DNA of 64,000 nucleotides from Escherichia coli (GTDB lineage Bacteria; Pseudomonadota; Gammaproteobacteria; Enterobacterales; Enterobacteriaceae): NCBI RefSeq assembly GCF_030013205.1, contig NZ_CP122648.1; one strand, 5' to 3'. Shown piece by piece: positions 57,129 to 64,000 of this stretch (position 1 is its first letter; each line of letters starts with the position of its first letter). The notes under the pieces were generated by a model. It saw only the letters and a program-made list of their open reading frames with translations, ran no database searches and was not told where the DNA came from. The position numbers and the translations under genes were made by a program.

Positions 57129-57959
57129 ATGTCTATGCCATTAAGCAATACCCTTCAGAGCCAAATTATTACAGATAATCACTTCCTTCATCATCCAAAA
57201 GTCGACAGTGAGTTAACACGTAAATATGAACGTGCACGCCTGGATACGGAAAATATCTATCTTCTGCCTCTTGCTCGTGGCAATAACCATAATTACGATG
57301 GAAAAAGCGTTGTCGAAATTAGAAAACTTGATATTAGTAAAGAGTCCTGGCCATTTAATTATGTGACAGAAGCATGCAGAGAATCCGATGGTATTACAAC
57401 AACAGGACGTATGCTCTATCGAAACTTGAAAATCACCTCAGCTTTAGACGAAATATATGGTGGCATATGTAAAAAGGCGCATGCTGCTACAGAATTAGCA
57501 GAAGGTTTACGGCTAAATTTATTTATGAAGAGCCCTTTCGATCCTGTTGAGGACTATACAGTTCATGAAATAACATTAGGCCCTGGTTGCAATGTTCCAG
57601 GTTACGCCGGAACCACGATAGGATATATTTCAACCCTTCCAGTTTCTCAGGCAAAAAGATGGACCAATGAGCAGCCAAGAATTGATATCTATATTGATCA
57701 GATAATAACTGTCTCAGGGGTAGCAAATTCTTCCGGATTCGCCCTTGCCGCATTACTTAATGCTAATATTGAGATGGGAAATGACCCAATCATTGGTATA
57801 GAAGCCTATCCTGGTACCGCGGAGATCCATGCAAAAATGGGATATAAAGTTATCCCCGGTGATGAAGATGCGCCACTCAAACGCATGACTCTGCAACCGT
57901 CATCTCTTCCAGAACTGTTTGAATTAAAAAATGGTGAATGGAATTATATTGGTAAATAG
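57129..57959 (+). CDS. yjiC: Uncharacterised protein YjiC
   Basis: 276 aa, AT-rich gene preceded by a 660-bp AT-rich intergenic region. Confidence 0.7.
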   Translation: MSMPLSNTLQSQIITDNHFLHHPKVDSELTRKYERARLDTENIYLLPLARGNNHNYDGKSVVEIRKLDISKESWPFNYVTEACRESDGITTTGRMLYRNLKITSALDEIYGGICKKAHAATELAEGLRLNLFMKSPFDPVEDYTVHEITLGPGCNVPGYAGTTIGYISTLPVSQAKRWTNEQPRIDIYIDQIITVSGVANSSGFALAALLNANIEMGNDPIIGIEAYPGTAEIHAKMGYKVIPGDEDAPLKRMTLQPSSLPELFELKNGEWNYIGK

Positions 57960-58099
57960 CAACTGAGAAGAATGAGTACTAATATTCAGGTTATACAGAT
58001 ATTTAAACAATACCCTGCAATTTACAAAGCAATACTCATTGCGACTTCTTAATTTAAGAAAGCGCAAGGAACGTTTACCCTTGCGCTTATTATAATAAG

Positions 58100-58873
58100 T
58101 CAGACGTCGACTTTATCCAGCGGCCATGAATCAAACAGATAGCCGTCAAAATAAATATCGTCAACGTTCGAGAATTCCAGCAGACGTTGCTTAACGTTTT
58201 CCAGATGCTGCCACATTGCCAGCTTCGCCGCTCGGGCATCTTTTTTGATTAACGCGGCGAGGATCTGTTTGTGATCGCCCAACCACTCTTTGCGATACAG
58301 GCTGTCATCCAGATGGCTGTGCAACTGGATCCACATTGGATTGTTTTCCCGCCACTGCCAGGACTGACGGAATAACTCCACCAGCATGCTGTTATGCGTT
58401 GCTTCGGCAATGGCGAGATGGAACTGCATATCACCGCTTTCGCTGCTACCCGGCGCGCTGGAAGCCAGTTCACGCTCTTCCAGTTGCAATGCCTGACGCA
58501 TTTTGACGATATCTTCGCGGGTAGCCTGCAAAGCGGCAAATTCCGCGATGTTACTTTCCAGTAACTGACGCGCCTGTAACAGCTCAAAAGGACCCGCATC
58601 ATTACAGACGTTGGCATCCGAACTGTCTGTGTTGTGGCTGCCTGAGCTATCAAGAACATAGATACCGGCACCCCGGCGCACTTCCACCAGCCCTTTGATC
58701 TCCAGCATGATCAGCGCTTCACGTACCACCGTCCGCGTGACATCAAGCATTTCTGCAATTTCACGCTCCGGCGGCAGCCGTTCGCCAGGATTGTACGGCG
58801 TCTTTATGATCAGATCGCGGATCATCGCCCCGACTTCCTGGTAAGGTCTTTGCGCAGAGGTGGCAGATTTCAT
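58100..58873 (-). CDS. uxuR: GntR/FadR-family repressor UxuR
   Basis: 257 aa, N-terminal GntR HTH. Confidence 0.9.
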   Translation of the reverse strand: MKSATSAQRPYQEVGAMIRDLIIKTPYNPGERLPPEREIAEMLDVTRTVVREALIMLEIKGLVEVRRGAGIYVLDSSGSHNTDSSDANVCNDAGPFELLQARQLLESNIAEFAALQATREDIVKMRQALQLEERELASSAPGSSESGDMQFHLAIAEATHNSMLVELFRQSWQWRENNPMWIQLHSHLDDSLYRKEWLGDHKQILAALIKKDARAAKLAMWQHLENVKQRLLEFSNVDDIYFDGYLFDSWPLDKVDV

Positions 58874-58910
58874 GGTGTTGTGTCCGTTAGGTGCGGTTAA
58901 TCAAATTTTT

Positions 58911-58945
58911 GCCGGATGCGGCGTGAACGCCTTATCCGGCCTACA
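58911..58945. repeat. REP element
   Basis: GCCGGATGCGGCGTGAACGCCTTATCCGGCCTACA consensus REP. Confidence 0.8.
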
Positions 58946-59087
58946 ACGGGCAATTTTACGGCCCCTGTTAATCTCAAACTATACCATTAGCACTGGAAGT
59001 TGGCACGTACAGGTGGGCAAAAAAACGAAAACTGGTCAACCAAATATCAGTTTGATTGACCAGTAAGTCTGTAGGGTAATCAGTTAG

Positions 59088-60548
59088 TTACAGCGCAGCC
59101 ACACACTCGCGCGCACCGCGTTCGCACAGCTGCTGATATGCCGCCGTCACCGCGCCAACAAAGTCGGCATTCTGCGGCAGATCATCGGCAAAAATACCGC
59201 TCAGGCCTAGCAGCGCTTTCACGCGGTCTGCGCCCTGATACTGCGCGTTAATCTTCTGGAACTCGGCCAGCATCGGGTCGACCACGTCAATGGCATTACC
59301 CTGCTCATCCACGCCCTGGGTGTAACGCATCCAGCCAGCCACGCCCAGCGCCAGGTGACGCCAGCTGCCGCCGTTTTGCAGGTGCAGACGCACCGGGTCC
59401 AGCAGACGCTGCGGTAACTTCTGGCTGCCGTCCATCGCAATCTGCCAGGTACGGTGACGCAGAGACGGGTTGCTGAAACGCTCGATCAGCAGCGTCGCAT
59501 AGGCGTTCAGGTCCGTACCTTCCGGCATCGACAGCGTTGGTGCTTGTTCCTGCATCATCAGGGCAAAGGCCGCTTTGCGATAATCCGGGTTAGTCATGGT
59601 GTCGGCAATAGTTTCATAGCCGCCGAGGTAACCGAGGTACGCCAGGAAAGAGTGGCTACCGTTCAGCATACGCAGCTTCATCATTTCGAACGGCACAACG
59701 TCTGCAACGAACTGTGCGCCCACTTTATCCCAGTCCGGGCGACCATTAACGAAATTATCTTCAATCACCCACTGACGGAACGGTTCGCAGGCAATGGCGC
59801 ACGGGTCGTAAACGCCCAGCTGGTCAGCAATTTCCTGTAAGGTTTCTGGCGTCGCCGCCGGAACGATGCGGTCAACCATGGTGCACGGGAAGGTGACGTT
59901 CTCTTCAATCCATGCCGCTAGCTGCGGGTCACGCGCCTGAGCCAGCCCCAGTACCGCGACCTTCGCCACATGACCGTTTTCACGCACGTTATCGCAGGAC
60001 ATCACCGTAAATGCTTTCAGCCCTTTTTCACGACGCAGACGCAAGGCTTCGACGATGTAACCAATCGCGGACTTCGGCGCAGTCGGGTTTTCCAGATCGT
60101 GCTTGATCAGCGGGTTATTGAGATCCAGTTGACCGCTTGCCGCATCAGCGCAGTAGCCTTTTTCCGTGACCGTCAGAGAGACAATCGCCGTTTGCGGACG
60201 CGCCATCGCGTTGAGAATACCTTCGCAGCCGTCGATTTCCGGGTGCAGCGCTTCTTTCATCGAACCGATAATTTTCAGCTCGGTGCTTTCCGCGCCTTTT
60301 TCCGCCACGGTGTACAGCAGTTGCTGTTTTTTCAGGTTTTCGATCAGCACGCGGTCGTTGCCTGGCATCAGGTTAACTTCGCAGATACCCCAGTCGCTGT
60401 CGGTGCTTTCCAGCAGATGATGGGTGTACAGCGCCTGGTGCGCACGGTGAAACGCCCCGCAACCGAGATGCACAATGCGTGATTCCAGACGAGAATGATC
60501 CCATGACGGGCGGGCAACCGGCAGATTGCTGTCAACAATAGTAGTCAT
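59088..60548 (-). CDS. uxuB: D-mannonate oxidoreductase
   Basis: 486 aa; MTTIVDSNLPVARPSW...VHLGCGAFHRAHQ. Confidence 0.9.
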   Translation of the reverse strand: MTTIVDSNLPVARPSWDHSRLESRIVHLGCGAFHRAHQALYTHHLLESTDSDWGICEVNLMPGNDRVLIENLKKQQLLYTVAEKGAESTELKIIGSMKEALHPEIDGCEGILNAMARPQTAIVSLTVTEKGYCADAASGQLDLNNPLIKHDLENPTAPKSAIGYIVEALRLRREKGLKAFTVMSCDNVRENGHVAKVAVLGLAQARDPQLAAWIEENVTFPCTMVDRIVPAATPETLQEIADQLGVYDPCAIACEPFRQWVIEDNFVNGRPDWDKVGAQFVADVVPFEMMKLRMLNGSHSFLAYLGYLGGYETIADTMTNPDYRKAAFALMMQEQAPTLSMPEGTDLNAYATLLIERFSNPSLRHRTWQIAMDGSQKLPQRLLDPVRLHLQNGGSWRHLALGVAGWMRYTQGVDEQGNAIDVVDPMLAEFQKINAQYQGADRVKALLGLSGIFADDLPQNADFVGAVTAAYQQLCERGARECVAAL

Positions 60549-60628
60549 CGTAAACTCCAGAATCCGTCTTCAGAGAGTGACGGCAAGGAAGAAGGAACCG
60601 GCACGGCGCGCAGCCATGCCGGTGGATA

Positions 60629-61813
60629 TTAACGGCTAAAGAAAGCGCGCTGGATCGCCAGTTCGACACCGCGAACTTCGGCCAGGCCTTTCAGACGACC
60701 AATTGCGGAGTAACCTGGGTTGGTTTTCTTCTTCAGGTCGTCCAGCATCTGATGACCGTGGTCCGGACGCATCGGGATCAGGTCTTCTTTGCCTTCCGCT
60801 TTACGACGGTGTTCTTCTTCAACAATCGCTTTCACCACTTCGTACATATCAACGTCACCGTTCAGGTGCGCCGCTTCGTGGAAGGTTTTCGGGTTATCTT
60901 CACGCATGGTGGAGCGCAGATGGGTGAAGTAAATACGCGGACCGAACTGCTTGATCATATCAACCAGATCGTTGTCAGCACGCACGCCGTAGGAACCGGT
61001 GCACATGGTGAAACCGTTCGCCATGCTATTTACGGTATCAACCATCCACTGCATATCTTCAATGGTAGAAACAATGCGCGGCAGGCCGAGGATTGGGCGC
61101 GGCGGATCGTCCGGGTGAACAGCCATACGCACGCCAACTTCTTCGGCAACCGGAATAATCGCCTTCAGGAAGACGGCAAAGTTTTCGCGCAGTTTGGCTT
61201 TGTCGATATCTTTGTACAGCTCCAGGTGCTTACGGAACTGGTCGAGGGTGTACCCTTCTTCCGCGCCCGGCAGACCGGCAATGATGTTACGGGTCAGACG
61301 CGCTTTGTCTTCGTCGCTCATAGTGGCGAAGCGTTCAGCTGCCTGAGCAATTTCTTCTTCGGTGTAATCCGCTTCCGCACCTGGGCGTTTCAGGATATGC
61401 ATTTCGAATGCAGCGAATTCGATCTGGTCGAAGCGCAGAGCTTTGGAGCCGTCTGGCAGCACGTATTCGAGGTCAGTACGGGTCCAGTCGAGCACCGGCA
61501 TGAAGTTGTAGCACACGGTGCGAATACCGCACTGCGCCAGGTTGCGCAGAGTCTGCTGATAGTTAGCGATCCACTGCTCATAGTTGCCAGTGTGGGTTTT
61601 GATATCTTCGTGAATTGGCACGCTTTCTACGACAGACCACACCAGGCCTGCATCTTCAACGATAGCCTTGCGTTTGAGGATCTCTTCTACGGACCATACT
61701 TCACCGTTCGGGATATGGTGCAAAGCGGTAACCACGCCAGTCGCGCCCGCCTGACGGACATCAGCTAAAGAAACCGGATCGTTTGGGCCGTACCAGCGCC
61801 AGGTCTGTTCCAT
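60629..61813 (-). CDS. uxuA: Mannonate dehydratase
   Basis: 394 aa from [16 protein letters not shown]... Confidence 0.9.
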
Positions 61814-62152
61814 GATTTTTCCTCTTTCACATAGTGGGTTCCACAGCAAAGAGACGCGGAACCCTGGAGTTGTTTAGGTATCCGGATGAACAACCAGACC
61901 GCAGCCGTGGCGTTGCATCGGATGAGATGGCGTATAAGTTCTACCTTTTGGTAAGACATGTCAACCCGAATTCTGAAATTGGTTAACCACATCACAAGAA
62001 TTTCACTCTCTTGGTTGTTGCTGCAAATTGCAGCAAAAGGTAATCGATGGTTATTGATCAGAGGATGTGACATTCATCGCAACAATGGTTGACCAATTTA
62101 CATAACATGTCGCCCAAAATAACAACGGTTCAACCAGGTAAGGTAAAACGTT

Positions 62153-63496
62153 ATGCATGTGCTTAACATTCTCTGGGTGGTATTCGGCATTGGTCTGATG
62201 CTGGTACTGAATTTGAAGTTCAAAATCAATTCAATGGTGGCCTTGTTGGTGGCGGCGCTGTCCGTCGGGATGCTGGCGGGCATGGATTTGATGTCGCTGC
62301 TGCACACCATGAAAGCGGGCTTCGGCAACACGCTGGGGGAACTGGCTATCATCGTGGTGTTCGGTGCGGTCATCGGTAAATTGATGGTCGACTCCGGCGC
62401 GGCTCACCAGATAGCGCATACGCTGCTGGCACGTCTCGGTCTGCGTTATGTACAGCTGTCGGTGATTATCATCGGCCTGATTTTCGGTCTGGCGATGTTC
62501 TATGAAGTGGCCTTTATCATGTTAGCACCGCTGGTTATTGTTATTGCCGCCGAAGCTAAAATTCCGTTCCTGAAACTGGCGATCCCGGCAGTAGCAGCTG
62601 CCACTACCGCACATTCACTGTTCCCACCGCAGCCGGGTCCGGTGGCGCTGGTGAATGCTTATGGCGCGGATATGGGGATGGTTTATATCTATGGCGTACT
62701 GGTGACGATCCCAAGTGTCATCTGCGCAGGTCTGATCCTGCCGAAGTTCCTCGGCAATCTTGAGCGCCCAACGCCATCATTCCTGAAAGCAGATCAACCG
62801 GTAGATATGAATAATCTGCCCTCTTTCGGCGTTTCGATTCTGGTGCCGTTGATCCCGGCGATCATTATGATCTCTACCACCATCGCCAATATCTGGCTGG
62901 TAAAAGATACCCCTGCGTGGGAAGTGGTTAACTTTATCGGTTCCTCGCCGATTGCAATGTTTATTGCGATGGTGGTTGCATTCGTACTCTTTGGCACCGC
63001 GCGCGGGCACGATATGCAGTGGGTAATGAACGCTTTTGAAAGCGCGGTGAAAAGCATTGCAATGGTGATTCTGATCATCGGTGCAGGTGGCGTGCTGAAG
63101 CAGACCATCATCGACACCGGCATCGGCGACACCATCGGCATGCTGATGTCCCACGGCAATATCTCGCCCTACATCATGGCATGGCTGATCACCGTACTGA
63201 TTCGTCTGGCGACGGGTCAGGGTGTGGTTTCAGCGATGACCGCCGCCGGGATTATCAGTGCAGCAATCCTTGATCCAGCAACTGGTCAGCTGGTTGGCGT
63301 GAATCCGGCGCTGCTGGTACTGGCGACGGCTGCGGGTTCCAACACCCTCACCCACATTAACGATGCCTCATTCTGGTTGTTCAAAGGTTACTTTGACCTG
63401 TCAGTAAAAGACACGTTGAAAACCTGGGGTCTGCTGGAGCTGGTCAACTCCGTGGTTGGGCTGATTATTGTGCTGATTATTAGCATGGTAGCGTAA
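62153..63496 (+). CDS. gntP: High-affinity gluconate transporter GntP
   Basis: 447 aa GntP-family permease. Confidence 0.9.
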
Positions 63497-63562
63497 AAGA
63501 GCACCTGAGCCTGCCATTGGCAGGCTCTGTTCGGATTGTCGGTAAAGTGCGCTTTGTTTATG

Positions 63563-63600
63563 CCAGATGCGACGCTGACGCGTCTTATCTGGCCTACAAA
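63563..63600. repeat. REP-like element after gntP
   Basis: GCCAGATGCGACGCTGACGCGTCTTATCTGGCCTACA. Confidence 0.6.
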
Positions 63601-63668
63601 GGGCTAACGTGCAGGTTTTAGCTTCAGGTAATATTGCGTACCTGCATTAGCAATGCCCTGTGATTTCT

Positions 63669-64000
63669 TTATTGATAAACAAAAGTCACGGCAATAATCG
63701 ATTGCACATTCCCTGCAGTCACCTGCCCTCCGGTACGTGCGTAATTTGCCGTTAATCCCAGACTTACCGCCGAAGTCCCTACTGCTCCTAACGATACCGT
63801 GTTATTCGCTGGAATAATCGTACCGTTGCGCGTCAACTGTACGCCGACGCCCTGTGCAGGTGAAAACGACGCGGTATTGGTGAAAATCGAGTTGCCCGCA
63901 TCTGCGGTTGTGCCGGAGAGGTAATACCCCAGGTTTTGGCTTTTCGCACAATAAACGGTAAGAGGAATCGGCACTGAACCAGGGTAGTCCGGCAGAGTAA
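63669..64000 (-). CDS. fimH: Type 1 fimbrial adhesin FimH, C-terminal pilin domain (gene runs off the window end)
   Basis: ...GQVTAGNVQSIIAVTFVYQ C-terminus; frame open to the window end. Confidence 0.8.
   Translation of the reverse strand, partial: TLPDYPGSVPIPLTVYCAKSQNLGYYLSGTTADAGNSIFTNTASFSPAQGVGVQLTRNGTIIPANNTVSLGAVGTSAVSLGLTANYARTGGQVTAGNVQSIIAVTFVYQ

Noticed and set aside
60752-61768. 338-aa plus-strand ORF inside uxuA
   Set aside because: Antisense to uxuA, which is clearly the real gene.

Overview
This window reads as Escherichia coli chromosome, in reverse orientation relative to the K-12 map as I recall it, and falls into three blocks. (1) Positions 1 to about 21,500 are the right-hand part of a degraded, mosaic lambdoid prophage that is inserted into the 5' end of prfC; only the first 23 prfC codons remain next to yjjG. 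On the minus strand it carries tail-fibre genes, lom, a C-terminal J fragment, a Nu1-like small terminase, a lysis cassette with a T5-type endolysin, a glyT-like tRNA-Gly, Q, a DUF968 protein, a KilA-N protein, a rusA fragment and a cro-like gene; on the plus strand it carries a cI-like repressor, a CPS-53-like yfdPQR block, an excisionase and cargo genes, and it ends with a minus-strand tyrosine integrase. Head, most tail and replication genes are absent. Cargo genes include an Ais/PmrG-like phosphatase, a two-gene module I read as RexA/RexB-like, a frameshifted AraC regulator and an uncharacterised 339-aa protein with a PD-(D/E)xK-like motif next to the integrase. (2) Positions 21,662 to 43,126 are conserved core genes: yjjG, rimI, holD, rsmC, three tRNA-Leu(CAG), yjjZ, fhuF, bglJ, yjjQ, yjjP, yjjB, dnaT, dnaC, yjjA, opgB, lgoDRT, tsr, btsT, yjiX and yjiA. 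(3) Where K-12 has the immigration control region (hsdRMS, mcrBC, mrr), this strain has only a brnTA-like toxin-antitoxin pair and an IS1 copy without target-site duplication, followed by mdtM through gntP and the 3' end of fimH. The strongest candidates for a new or poorly described system are the RexAB-like pair at 9768-11156 and the 339-aa gene at 18762-19781. All identifications rest on reading the translations and recalled family sequences; no database search was run.
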